From assembly GCA_012295275.1 (NCBI GenBank), contig CM022675.1, positions 14,632,001 through 14,696,000 of the forward strand: 64,000 bases of DNA, written 5' to 3'. Below, piece after piece: positions 33,003-50,409 of the stretch (its first letter is position 1; every line of letters starts with the position of its first letter). The position numbers and the translations under genes are program-made. This DNA is from Chrysomallon squamiferum (lineage: Eukaryota > Animalia > Mollusca). Below the pieces are notes generated by a model, which saw only the letters and a list, made by a program, of their open reading frames with translations, ran no database searches and had not been told where the DNA came from.

Positions 33003-35638
33003 AACACTTTTTTTCATTTTTTATTATTTACTATTACTATTATTATTATATATATCATTATTTTGTTTGGTGTATTTAGTGATAACAATAACAGAGATTT
33101 TGGTGGGGGGTAAAAAGGATTTTAAAAAGGAGCATTTACTATGACTTAAACATAACTATCTAAAAACAAAAATCCATCAAAAAGAAAATATTTATATAAG
33201 CAAGCAAACATAACAACATCAAAACTGATAAATAAATAAAATGAATAAATAAATGGTGAGCATTATAAAATACAAATAATACAATTTATCCTTTTGCATT
33301 ATTATTATTTACAAAGTATGCAAATATCAAATTATGCAATATTCAAGAATATACAACAAAATCATTTAAACAGTGTTCATTCTCTGCGGCACAAGATAAA
33401 ATAATCACAACAAAATTAATGTACATTTAGCTGCATACCTCCTAGTACTTTTGAACAGATGTAATGGGTCTTTTGTTTATGTGTGAATATCTAAACACTA
33501 GATATTTATCCACACTTTCATTACTAGGTTTGTTATTTAGTTAAATTTTTAAATAAGTTAAATACAATTTTATTTTGTGTGTATATGTATGTATGGTTCT
33601 CCCCTTCTGCATGTGAATATGTGTAACTATGTATGTAATTGTTTTCAGCTAAATATTTAAATTTATTTGATATACATCCCATAACTTTCTCTACCAAACT
33701 TAAACTTTTGGATTATATATGATCAGTAATCATCCCTTTAAATTAGCTACTCATTACTGTCACTGGTTTTTTTTTTTAATACACATATACTACAGTTCCC
33801 TAGCAACCAGTTTTGGTGATCAGCAGTTTGTCTGCTTAAAGTAAAACATAACCTTGCTCTCATTCTTTATAGTGAAATAATATATTTTGGTATATCACAA
33901 CTGATTTATTTTTGCATAATTATAAAATATTATGCTTAAGTTAACTACTAATTTAAAATAAAAATTGTAAATAAAATGTAAATGTCAATAAATTAAAATG
34001 TACAAAAATTACAGTCCAGTATATTAAATTATAATATTGAAAACAAAATAAATAAATAAATTAAATAGAAAATATGAATGCTGCATTTCCAGAGTATAAT
34101 GAAAACTGAATAAAAAATTGTAAAATAGAAAATCTTAAACTAAACTAATGCAGTTTACTGGAATCAGTCAGAAAAAAAAAAAAAAAAAATCACACACACA
34201 CACACACACACATTTAATTAAGATATTTTTTAAAATGCAAAAACCTATTATTGCTAGGTGGATATGTTTTTTATAGTAATATTATGTAATTATTTTATAA
34301 TATAGAAAACACAATTTAAAAAATAAATAACATTAAACTATTTACAAACAACACCATGACACAAAATAAACTAGTAAAAATAAAATGGGTAGAAATATTT
34401 CTGTAAAAAATAACCTAAAGTGAATGAATGAATAGTGGTTTAAACTTTTAATATCTCAACAAACATGCAACTATATAGCAGATGCTGCAAGTCACAACAA
34501 ACCATAAATATTAAACCATAGAAAATATTAACTGTTTGTTTTAGATTTAGACTCATAAACAAAAACAATTGTTATAAAAATTTAAAATTTAAATTAAATA
34601 AAGGTGAAAAACAATTTTAAAAAAAAAATTAAATTTTAAATTAAATAAAGGTGAAGTTTAGTTTTACAATGTAACCAATGACCAGAGAACCATTAACTAA
34701 GTAAGTAAACACAGGTTACATGAAAGTTGATGTAAATACAGAACTGTCTAAAAACTAATACACTTTTTAATTAGTTCATTAAATCAATATGTAGAAAATG
34801 GTGCTATTTTTAATTTTAAATAATAAGTAAGGTTCTACCTGCAATGCATGGCCAAAACTAGACTATTTTTCAAAAGATGCAAAATCCTCAATTCTTGCTA
34901 TATTTTATATTTTATAGTTTTCAAATAAAACCTTTGTATATAATAAAAAAAAAAAATCAATAAAAAAAGAGGTCAGTTTCAGTATATGAATTTGGCTTGT
35001 TTGCCTCAATGTATAATTTTTATAATAAATATAATTCTAACTTTCTGTGAATAAAAACGGTATGTTATATCTCTGTGAGTCTAAAATTTTAATAATTTGG
35101 AAAAAATTCAAAAGAATGAAATTTGTTCCTCTAAAAATATACATATATTTTTTTATTATTAATATTTAAACTTATTATTTTATCAACAGATATTGTCTTC
35201 ATTTTTCCCTTTAGAAGCATTAATGCAGAATTTCCTACCTCTAAATGGAAGAGAAATGTTTTCTATGGAGGAACAAATATTATGATTCATAATATATATG
35301 CAAGACCATGTCACATATATGAAATTCTGACAGAATTTTATAGAAAGAGCCATATTAAACTATTATAGCTTAAGAACTTTTTGTTAGTTTTGTATATTTT
35401 GTATGCTTTTAAAGAAAAAAGAAAATATATATTACAAAGCTGTGAAAAACAAAACAACATGAAAGTATACAACTAATTTTGATTGGTATGGTCAGAAATA
35501 AGAAAGACAATGTTATTTTACAAGAATCAGCAATTAACTATAGCATTAGTTTTAAGTGCATTGATTCTAATGAAATCTGTAAAGCAAAAAAACACTCTAT
35601 TATCTAAGAAATGGAGCAGAATTAAACAAGACATAATA

Positions 35639-35640
<2 letters not shown>

Positions 35641-35693
<53 letters not shown>

Positions 35694-35696
35694 AAA

Positions 35697-35753
<57 letters not shown>
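35641..35753. repeat. poly(A) run followed by (TAA)n
   Basis: About 50 A followed by about 18 TAA units. Confidence 0.9.
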
Positions 35754-35754
<1 letters not shown>

Positions 35755-37312
35755 TAATATTATTTGTTATTTCGATTTAATCCACCTGACTATAAGCTAA
35801 TACTGAGTTGGTTAGGAAGCAATTCAAATGATTAATGTAATCAGTCATTCATGTTATACACAGTACGTCCATAATAATAATAATAACAGCAATAAATAAA
35901 TAAATTAAAAGAGATTCCTTTTTGTCTGATTGAGTAAATTAGAAATATTATTATTATTATATCAGTAGTAGTATATGAGTAAGAAATAAAAAAATAAATA
36001 TCAACTCATTCTTAAAATGTAGTTTCAGCAAATACATAATTTTAACTTGTAATTGTTTTGTAAGGAAGTATAATTAATATGTACCTGTTTACATATAAAT
36101 ACTGAAAATATTTGTCTGACTTCGTCTTCTATCAAATCCATGTAACAACATTTTCATATTTTATTGTAATTTAACAGTTTTAGTGGTGGTGTCATAAATG
36201 ATTACAAAAAGATGCAATGTAAAAAGATGAATACAGATAGAGATTTTGCCATGGTAACTATTATGCTAACATAAACACTACATGTGTTAATATGTAAGAA
36301 ATACTGACAGACTGTTAAATGCTATTCTCAGAATAATGCCTATAATTACAGAATGTCTAAAAATTTCTCCAACAAAGTTTCTATTATTGCTTTCTCATAA
36401 TTTCTTTGGTTTGTAAAATGTCAACAGTAAAAAATAAAAAATAAAATAAAAGAATAATAATAATATATCTGAAAACTTTGTTGTTTCTCAATAAATACCA
36501 TTAAAATTTATATTATTTAAAAAAGAGGGGGTTTTTTTACAATTCTATCCATAAGAGATGAAACACCATTTGTAATAACTGATACATACTAACAGAATTC
36601 ATAAAGATTTGACTCTTGTTTTGTGATAATTCACCAAAATAACTATATTTAAAAAAAAGAAAGATTAAAAACTTCAAAAAAAAAAAAAAAAAAAAAAAAA
36701 AATTACATTAAAATTTCAATATGATACGGTAAGTATTTTTAATACTAACAATAAAAGATGTTCAATAAATTACTTTAAAAAAAGTAATTCACATTTTACA
36801 TTCTCACTCACTAAACATATGCCATTGTGTGATACCAGTTTTCTCATTTAACAAACAATTTGTTTAAAACTCCATGATTTAAAATAAATAAATAAATAAA
36901 TAAAAGTACTAAAAATATACAACTATTTTAAAACCATTCACACCCGAACTTTCTCTGCAACTTTTCTTTTAATTCATAAAATGATTTTATCACACCAAAC
37001 AAAATGGCAATCCTATAGAAAGGGTAATTATCTTTAAACTTTCACATAGCAATTATTCCAAAAAAATAATAATAAAAAAATGAAATGATTTATTCTGCAT
37101 GGAATCAGTAATTATTTTAAAATTTCACACCCTAGAGAAATGCCCCAAAAGTTGTTCAAACTTAATGGAATTGACAATTTAAGTTTTTATATTACTTATT
37201 GAAAATGTCAATAAAAAAATGTAATTGGTCAGTTGTGACACAATATAAATGGGAGCTTAATTTAGTTAACATGCCCAGTGGAACTTGAAACCATTTTACC
37301 AATGACAACACA

Positions 37313-38602
37313 TTACAAGCGTGTTACAATTTCATGTGTGTTGAACATTTCACCTCGACACACAGGCTTTTCCTGAAACTGCAGATACTCCAAGAGTTTA
37401 TTTGGAAGTGGCAACTTTACAAACTCATCCATTTTCACAAGCTGGAGGAGGGTTCTTCGACACAAACTCTGCAAGCTCTGCATCACAGTTGGAAGCTTGT
37501 AGACAAAAACTTTACGCTTGTAGCTTGAGTTCTTCATCACAGCAATACATGTTTCACTTGGGGCAAAACGTGGAAACACCTGAAGGTTAACAACCTCTGA
37601 AACTGGCCAATAACATCCACGCACATCTACTTTCATCACAATCTCCAGCTTGGGGAAACTCAAAACTACGATGAAGTTTGTTGCAAATTCTCGGCTGTGA
37701 ATTGGATGAATACATCGAACTGCCAAAAAATCTCCCAGTGGACTTGAACGAATTTGTTGTATGTTTGCTGCCAAGTTCAGATTAGAAACTTGTCTGACAA
37801 TTGACCAGTCAGTGAGACTTCGAATTTCAACATCAGTATTGGAAGCAACAATAACCAGGTCATCTCCCAGCTGCTTGTTGAAAGTGATTGCAAATGTCCG
37901 CAACATTGGTGGGACAATCTCAACAGAGATATTTGAAAATTCTGAAGGAAAAATTGTCAGATTCTGAATAATATAGTTATCAGGTAAAACCATGATGCGT
38001 GTTAAATGATCAGGTCGCAGGCAGATTCTAGACTTATTGGGTGAAATGTAGCATTCATACCATCTCCTTGTATGATACATAATAAGAAAATGTCCCACAC
38101 AAGTACTATGAAGCAGATCAAGAATGTAAAATTTAGCAATAGAATAATGTCTGTCACAGTTAATCTGCACAACAGCTATTCCATCCCGGTAACCAACCAC
38201 ATTACACTCCTTTCGTGTTCTGTTATGGTGAACCTGTTGTAACCAGTTTGGATCATCAAAATCTGGAACGGGAACTTTGGGAACTTTAAACATTTCAATC
38301 CATGATGATATTTTCTCTGTTATGACTAACTCAGAGTTAGATTTCATAGACACAGAAAAGAATCGACCTTCAAGTGTGTCAGGTTTGACTAAAATTCCTG
38401 TCCGTCTGTATGTCTCACGTGATGCTGTATAGTTGACTTTGTCTGTAAATCCACAAACATTCCGTTTGCTGCGCACCCACTTACTATAAGAACAGGAGTA
38501 CAGAAGCTGACCTGGTGTTGCTAACAAGAGATGGTCATAAAATTGCTGACAAGTTTTATCTTCAGTTTTATCCTTCATACGACTGCCCCCAATGTTACCC
38601 AT
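37313..38602 (-). CDS. SOCS-box protein (429 aa), probable beta-propeller substrate receptor of an Elongin BC-Cul5 E3 ligase
   Basis: Uninterrupted 1290-nt ORF with a splice acceptor ~14 nt upstream of the ATG. C-terminal SLQSLCRRTL...LPLPNKLLEYL gives a BC box plus LPxP Cul5 box. Blade-like motifs ISPNKSRI, SSPLGDFLAV, FAPSETCIAV. Confidence 0.85.
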   Translation of the reverse strand: MGNIGGSRMKDKTEDKTCQQFYDHLLLATPGQLLYSCSYSKWVRSKRNVCGFTDKVNYTASRETYRRTGILVKPDTLEGRFFSVSMKSNSELVITEKISSWIEMFKVPKVPVPDFDDPNWLQQVHHNRTRKECNVVGYRDGIAVVQINCDRHYSIAKFYILDLLHSTCVGHFLIMYHTRRWYECYISPNKSRICLRPDHLTRIMVLPDNYIIQNLTIFPSEFSNISVEIVPPMLRTFAITFNKQLGDDLVIVASNTDVEIRSLTDWSIVRQVSNLNLAANIQQIRSSPLGDFLAVRCIHPIHSREFATNFIVVLSFPKLEIVMKVDVRGCYWPVSEVVNLQVFPRFAPSETCIAVMKNSSYKRKVFVYKLPTVMQSLQSLCRRTLLQLVKMDEFVKLPLPNKLLEYLQFQEKPVCRGEMFNTHEIVTRL

Positions 38603-38761
38603 GTTAGCCTTCAGTTCTGAAATGTAAACAATTAAATAAGAAATGGTTTACTGTGTATATATATATAGTATTTAATTTTAAATATTTAGTTTTTATGAAT
38701 AATTTAATAAAGCTAATGAAATTAAACATTAGTAGTCTCTACGTCAAACAAAGTTATTGGA

Positions 38762-38818
<57 letters not shown>

Positions 38819-38939
38819 AATTTATTTGTTTTGTGTGTGTTTGTGTGTGTGTGTTATTTGTTGTATATATAACATTAAAATCAACTGAATACAAATTTAA
38901 TTAGCAAATCAGAAGTACGTGACAGCTTAATTTGTAATA

Positions 38940-38981
<42 letters not shown>

Positions 38982-39746
38982 TTTTTAAAAAGGACATCTG
39001 GACAAACGTGAAAGGCAGTACTGTTGTCTCTAAAATAATACAATTTTGCCCAAGACGAAGTTCTTTGTTTCGTATAAATTCAAAGGCATGATCGTGATGA
39101 TATATAATATATTATATACCTTATCAATCTATTTGATGAAATATATGTTTGTTGAATCACTAAAATTTTAATCAGCTTCATATGCCTGCAAGCTGAACCA
39201 TTTAAATAACTTACTTTATTAAATAAATAAATAATAATAAAAAAAAAAATATCGAAGGCTTCTGGGGGCAGCTTTTCGAAAACTTCCAAGAACGATAAAT
39301 CGAAAGGTGCTTTAAAATGTAAACAGGAAATTGATTTCTTGTGTAATAATTCTATCGTTCTTCAGAAGCACCTATGATAAACGAAAATAATGCAGACTTT
39401 CACTGTTTGAGTCATTGATATCATCTTAAAGCAGTTATATTAAAATAAACCATTTTTGCAAAAGATGTAATTTCTAAAATGACATAGTTCAGTAGCAACT
39501 GTTTAGCCAATGATGAATGCATCAAAAAATCATATAGCCAATTTGAAATTAAAAATACTAGTAAAGAGAATTTAAGATTTATCATAAGAAAAGCTTCTCT
39601 TTTTTTAATTAATATTTTAATCACTAGATTAATATAGGGCATAGAAAGCGTACCAGATTTAAAAGAGGAGCATGAGTAAAAATCGGATAATATATAAAAA
39701 AGTTTAATTCGTTCTGTTCGCCTAAAAAGCTGTTATTTCTTTTTTT

Positions 39747-39786
<40 letters not shown>

Positions 39787-40125
39787 AAATATATTTTTAT
39801 TACTTCCTGATATTAAACAGGTTGTTCGGAATTGTTTATTAGCACGATTATTAATGTAGAACAGTAAAATCATCAAAAATGAATAACTGGTAATAAACTT
39901 GGTATTGACCAGCATTCTTAAATTATAATTATTTTACTTTCAAACAATAATTAGGTTTATTATCACTAAATTAACTGCAATAATTATTTATTTCTGGGGG
40001 GGGGACAGGTGTGATATATTGTTTTTCATTGCAACAAATTATTCAGACTTGATTTTGAATGACCTCTGAGACAGAGAGCGGTTCCCAATAACATCAGAAG
40101 GAAATTACCCACAGAAGAGGCAAAA

Positions 40126-41272
40126 ATGGCTGACGCAAACAGAATGGAGAAGGTTGACATGACAAAAGAATTTAACAAACTTGCCGAATCTGACAAGCAT
40201 TATATTCGGAAGTTGGAAAGTATGAATCTGGACAGAGCTAAAGAATTGCGTGGACTGAGGAACAGGAACCGATACACGGGCGTCATTCTCGCAATTGGTG
40301 TTTTGTCGATTTGTATCCTTGAAGTGAAAGTTGACTGCGTAAAACGTGCCTTCTATAACGATAAACACGAAGAGTTATTCCCCTTACAGATTTCTGTAAT
40401 AGGTCTCGGTATCTGATGAAATGTGAAGTGTATTGAGATAACCAAATAATTATTATTTTATACGTTTATAAAAATTTTTTTTTTAAATAAAGCACATATA
40501 ATTATAATAACATTTGAAATATTTGTTTATTTAAATGTTTTCCGTTAAGATGAGCACGGATAAAAAAATATATATTTATGTTCATTAGACCGTTTCGGCG
40601 TTTGTTGTTGACGAGTATTTTATTTTTCAAAATGATTCATCCTCAGAAAAACAAAACAAAATAATAAAATATAAAACTAATTGACTTTTCTCAGAATGTA
40701 TTAATCCTCTTTTCTCGCGCCCTTTTTCTCCCACTATAAATTATAATTCTTACGAAAATTGTGTGTTTTTTCTTCTAGAATGTACTATTCTTTCACGACT
40801 GTTATTGTACAAAACTGAATATATTCAACCGAAATGTATTACTGTTATAATATTAAATTTGGAATGTTGTCTTAAGAAGAAAAAACAAAATTGTTAATAA
40901 ATACCATTATTCTTCGTAATCTTACAATTTTTGTTTGTTAAATAAAATATTAGTGTGCTTTGTATATATTCACTTTGTATTAAAAGTAATTTCTAGTTCA
41001 TTTTAATTTGCTTTTAGTCAGTCATATATTAATCGTTAATATTCACACTTAGGCCTGAACTTAATGTTAGTATTTTAAATTAGAAAAGGTAATAATAATA
41101 ATAATAAATAAATAAATAAATTTGTGTTTGATATCAGTTAGCAATTTATAAGGTATTCTATAAAATATATTTTCCTTGACCAGTGCAAGACAGCTATTCC
41201 ATGCTTGCTGTTAAGCAGGAGAAGTTCTTGGATGACTGGGACACAGTCCCTGACCAACCACAGCAGTCGTGA
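40126..41272 (+). CDS. COA3: Cytochrome c oxidase assembly factor 3 (CCDC56), two exons, ~89 aa
   Basis: Exons 40126-40312 and 41190-41272 join to give ...LRNRNRYTGVILAIGVLSIYSYSMLAVKQEKFLDDWD..., matching the COA3 RN..TG..TM..IY.Y....QE.FLD pattern. Divergently oriented from the SOCS-box gene. Confidence 0.9.
40313..41189 (+). other. U12-type (minor spliceosome) GT-AG intron of COA3
   Basis: 5' site GTATCCTT at 40313 and branch point TTCCTTGAC at 41172-41180, ending 9 nt before the exon with no polypyrimidine tract. Confidence 0.92.
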
Positions 41273-42539
41273 TAAGTGTGCTAAAAGAAAACTGTTTGTG
41301 CAACCCAACAGTTAGAACCAGAGAACTAATTATCATTTGTATTATGTCGGTTATGTTACTTGTATGAATATATATATAAAAAAAAAGGTTTGAGTGTGGA
41401 CTGTGATGCTGTCACAAAATAATATTGTGTGAAGACAAAGAAGAAATTAAAAGAAGTGTCAGGAACTTTAGGAATGGCTGAATATAGATATTAATAACAT
41501 TTGTTGTATCTTTTTTAATGTGGTAGTTTTTGTTTTTCAAAATATAATGAATAAAACATCGTGTTAAATGTAATAATGATAACAAAAATATTTTTTCATC
41601 TTAACCAGAAATATTGTTAAAGCAGTTAATAAATGTTACTTTCTGTATTTGAATGCATTTCAACAAACTACTCAAAATATGAAAATATATAATAAAATCA
41701 AAGTGGTTAATAAATTCAATTTTGATGTTATTTCAAAAATATAGTTAATCTGTAAATTTGGAATTAAATTCACTGATTTTGCTGACTTTTTTCTTTAAAT
41801 TAGAAAAAATAAAATAAAACATTAGGGATAATATGCAGCCAGTTATGTAGATCTTAAATTTTGTGATATGAATAAAATTTGAATAACAGTTTTTCTAGAA
41901 CTTTTCTTTTCTGTTTTTTAATAACTGATTGATAAATTCAGGAATGGAGAAGAAGGAAGAAGTGTATATGAGAAATGTTCCTGCTTTTAAAAATTAAATG
42001 GTTAAAAAAATAAATACATTTGAAAGAATATTTGTATTTAGTAGCAATCTTTTTAAGTCACATTTATAAATTGTGTTTATTAGCTGTGTATTATGCTTGG
42101 AGATAACTACAAACAAATAGGTAGTAGTATGTAAACATTAACCTGATAATGTAAATTGGGGGCTTTTAGGATCCATATATATAGGTGGCCAAATATCTTT
42201 TAGAAGTAACTGCCTCTGTGTGATGTTGCTTTATACTATTACAGTTTAAATAAATCTGAATTTGAATTATTGTCTTGTTACTGTTTATTTTGAAATGTTA
42301 CAGAAATACAAAGCATGACTGTAAATATTATCCTGATGTAGGTTAAAAAAAAATCATTCTTTTAGTTAGTTCAACAAAAGGGGCAAAATTATATGCTTTT
42401 GCTGACTATATAAAATTACATATTGCACAGCAAACTAATAAGTGTAGCCAAGGTCCACAGTAAATTTCCTTTCAAATTATTGTTGTGAAATAGATTTATT
42501 TAATCTGAGGAGAGGCATCTGTAAGTAGGAGTTACTATG

Positions 42540-44235
42540 TAATTCCCATCATTTCTCCTTATTTCAGAGTTTAACAAGAAAGAAGGCAGTAGGTCTGTAG
42601 TTAAATAGGATATAATAGACTCCAGGATCAATTATTCTTGTCTTTGGTCTACATCCCATACCAAATTATGCCCCACAACCAGTGTATAGAAGTCTGCATA
42701 TTTGAAGATGCATGTAAACAAAATTTCATGTTATATAAGAAATTTAGGTCTACTAACTTAATAATATAATATTTTGCACTGTTGCTAAAGAGTTTTTATT
42801 TTTGTATTATTTTCCTAAAGTAGCTATTTGAAAATGTCAAAATGTTACTCACTTAAATTGCCTATGAAAGTATAGGATTAGTTTCCATGTTAATGATTGC
42901 CAGTTCAAATCTATTGCCATTGTGGGTTAGACAGTGCATATGTATGTTTATATACACATACATATGCACTATCTGTTGAAGAATCACTGTTTTCATTGAT
43001 CAAACCTTACTTAACAAGGGACAAAAATGTCCTGTGTGGTATCTGGCAACTGCAGATTTTTTTTTATTTTACAATTACTAAACATATTTTACTTCATTAT
43101 TATTATTATTTGTTTGGGAAGTTTAAAAGTAAAGTTTCTCGTTATGATATTATTTCTTTAGAATCTTGAATTGTCATTTCATGACTGTCTGTTCATAACT
43201 GCATCATCCAAAGTGTGTGCATTTGTAGCTTCATGATCTGAATGTTTTACTATTCAGAACATTAAACGGTGTGCTGAAAACATTTGTATGTTAATTCTGC
43301 TCTGAACTGTACTTTGTGACAGTTGGGGAAGAGGAGATAAGTTGTGCCATTTTCCAGTTAAATCAACCTGGGGTCCAAGGAATGAACATATCCATAAAAA
43401 TAAATGGTGAGCCTCAAACAGCAAGATTTTATTCATATATATGGGCTGCATTAACAGGATTTCCAATAATGGTGTAGTCAGGGATTTGAAAATATTCTGT
43501 AAAGTGGCATAACATTCCCTACATAGTAAATTGTGCCAGTTAGAGTTAAGATAAGCATGTAATATGCTCATTGTTTATTCCGTAATATTTTCCAGCAGTT
43601 CCCCCACTTTGATTCTTAACCGTCATGTAATGTTAACAAAATGTGATAGATCTAGCTAAAACACTCCTACAACTGAACTATAACTCATCAAGACTTGTAC
43701 AAAAATAGAATAATCATCCAAGAAAGGACTATCAATGTGGATATATGAATGATTATAGTATATTTAACCTATTTTCAAATGTGCTATGCCGTTATGTTCC
43801 TCCTATATTCTAATGTATTTGAAACTGCAATGGAAAAGAATTGACTTAAAAATACTTTTAAACACATGACATGCATATAGAATATTGGTAATGATTCTAT
43901 ATGTATTCTAAATCCAGCCTACTCATCAGCACATTTTCTAGTAAACAAATCTGAAATACGTACTGTTCATTTTTCTTTACTGCCATTTCTAAAGCTTGAA
44001 CACAAGCTGGCAGGATCTTTGGGTTGGGATGCATACAGATACCCGTTAATTTGGATAAACAAAATCTTCAGCACTGGCCTTGCTAGCCACCTTTAGCAAG
44101 AAACTCCCTCAAATTCATCAACTACATCATCAAGCCCAGCAATATATTGCTTACTGCAAGACCGTCCTGTAACTTTCACCAACAAAATCCCCTTCATTTT
44201 TCTGATTCTGGATCTAAATCGGAACAGCTTGCCAT
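42540..44235 (-). mobile_element. Heavily decayed coding remnant, possibly a KDZ/Zisupton-type transposase
   Basis: Frameshifted minus fragments LCRECYATL / DYTIIGNPVNA / KSCCLRLTIYFYGYV and TGC/GHNLVWDVD recall CxC5/CxC6 cysteine clusters of KDZ transposases. Many stops; boundaries are approximate. Confidence 0.35.
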
Positions 44236-44668
44236 AGGCCTAGTGACCTTGAATTTTCTCCCCTTTTTCAATTTGCTTTGGCAAATATGTTGGTGCAAAG
44301 TTGGATTTTTAAAATTTTGTTATTTTTAAATGGATTATACTTTCTGGTCAAAATAATTTAAGGTATTCAGTTAACTAAGCAACAAACACAAACTGCATAC
44401 CAATTATTTTATTTTCAACAGTTTTTCCCCCACCTCCCCACCCTGGTCTTCAGTGAACTAAGTGCAGCAACAGAAAATATGTTATAGTAAAAAAAAAAAA
44501 ATTATCAAAAAGTGTTTACGAAATTAAATATAAAATAAAAATGTTCAGATTGTAGAAGCGAGGTAGGAATTCAGTGAGGAATGTGTGAATTAAGTAAACC
44601 ACAACATTGAGTATTCCTATGAAGCAATTATTTTAAAGTGTTTATTTTAAGTACTGGTACTAGTGACT

Positions 44669-48858
<4,190 letters not shown>

Positions 48859-49299
48859 TTTCCTGTCGGTTAATACATTCATAAATTCAGAATTATATAC
48901 ATTGCTTTTTACATTTGATGATTTGTTCAGTCATGTTCTAACCTGGCCATTTTGTAATTACAGCTTTCGAAAAATCAATTTGATCAATAATGTTTGCATT
49001 CGACTTTTGAAACAAACCAACCCCCCCCCCAAAAAAAAAACACCCAACAAAATAAAATAAAATAGACATCGTTTTCCTGTTTCAAGTATTTGAAACAAAT
49101 TATTTTGTTTCACTTGCTTGTTAAATAATACACGCCCTAAACTAATTAATGCCAAACCAATGCCCGATCTCGAATGAATGACTAATCAGTAAAATATATC
49201 ATTTTAACAAAAGAATTTTAACAATTTAAATATAATAAAAGGAAAATATGATATGGTAGATGTAAATTTAAAAACCTATTTCAATTAATATCTAGTCAC

Positions 49300-49455
49300 C
49301 TTAATATATTAATTCCGTTTCGAATACCTAGCGTCTCCAAGCGACAAAAGCAGTTAGCACGTGCACGAGCCTATCTTCCAGTACAAAGACTAATGGGAAA
49401 AAGGAAGGGGCTTTATAGTCTGACGATTTTGACTACACATCGAATCTTCTAGAAT
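49300..49455 (-). promoter_or_regulatory. Hsp70-C promoter and non-coding first exon
   Basis: HSE cGAAtcTTCtaGAAt at 49441-49455 and TATA box CTATAAAG (minus) at 49411-49418. Donor AAG|GTGACT at 49300/49299; acceptor just upstream of the ATG. Confidence 0.8.
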
Positions 49456-50165
49456 TACTAACAGGTTCGTTTATTTCCGTCGCAAGGACATATCCAATGA
49501 AAAAGCTAATCTCAATAGTTCGGAAAAATGCGGGATCTTCGGAAAATATATCCCAACATATAATAAATATAAATATTATATGAGCTGACAATATTTTGAA
49601 AATTTCGTGCAATTATTGAATTAGCGTATTTCGACTTTTGTATGACCATTCAATGATGTTTTAGATGTTTCTGGAATCCAGGACCAAAAGATACATATTT
49701 CTGATAAAATATGAAAAATATTTTGTTTAATATTTATTTATTTATGACTTTTAGTTATAAGTTTTTCCCACGAACATTTGGTGGCGATTTTAGTACAGGT
49801 GGTATGTCCGATCCATTTTTCAAATGTAAGCAGACTTTCAAGTAGTTGAAATTAAATAATTATGTGTTTTTTGCAGACGTCGTTGCCATTTCTGCAACAG
49901 TCGTTTTAGTTTCAGTAGCGTGCGCACCGTTCGCTGATGTTTACATGTAAAGATTAATAAAGTTAGCGTTCTTGGTCTATGACTTTACATATTTTGTTTT
50001 ATATATATACATACATGTATTTGTACACCAATTACGTGATCCTACATTGCAGTTCATACACACAGATTTATGGAAAAACATAACATGTCGAAGATACTTC
50101 TTCACCCCCGCCCCAGTCATAGGTCATCAATACAAAAAGGACTAGATGAATGCTTAGATAAAGAA

Positions 50166-50409
50166 CAGTGGCGTGCAGAGGTGGGGGCGAATGGGCGAGG
50201 CCCTGGGCATCCAAATGTTGGGAGCGGATACAATGAGAGAAACGAATTTGGTTGATTTATATTTAAATCGAATAAAGCGTTTATTTTATGTTTCATCTGT
50301 ATTACCTATTCAAAATATCTTCGTTTCTCATAATATTTCTCAGTACTACGCCTTATACTTGACTGTTTGAGGCATACAATCAAGGAGTTAGCCCTGGGCA
50401 TCACCACTG
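50166..50409. mobile_element. hAT-type MITE
   Basis: CAGTGG...CCACTG termini, a perfect 8-bp TSD ATAAAGAA (50158-50165 and 50410-50417), and subterminal GCCCTGGGCATC twice. Confidence 0.88.

Noticed and set aside
30630-37300. Short low-complexity ORFs (poly-K, YI-repeat) in the AT-rich spacer
   Set aside because: They arise from homopolymer and microsatellite runs, with no splice-consistent model or motif.
40588-40616. Hammerhead-like half motif (CGAAACGGTC on minus) in the COA3 intron
   Set aside because: No upstream CTGANGA core or supporting stems.
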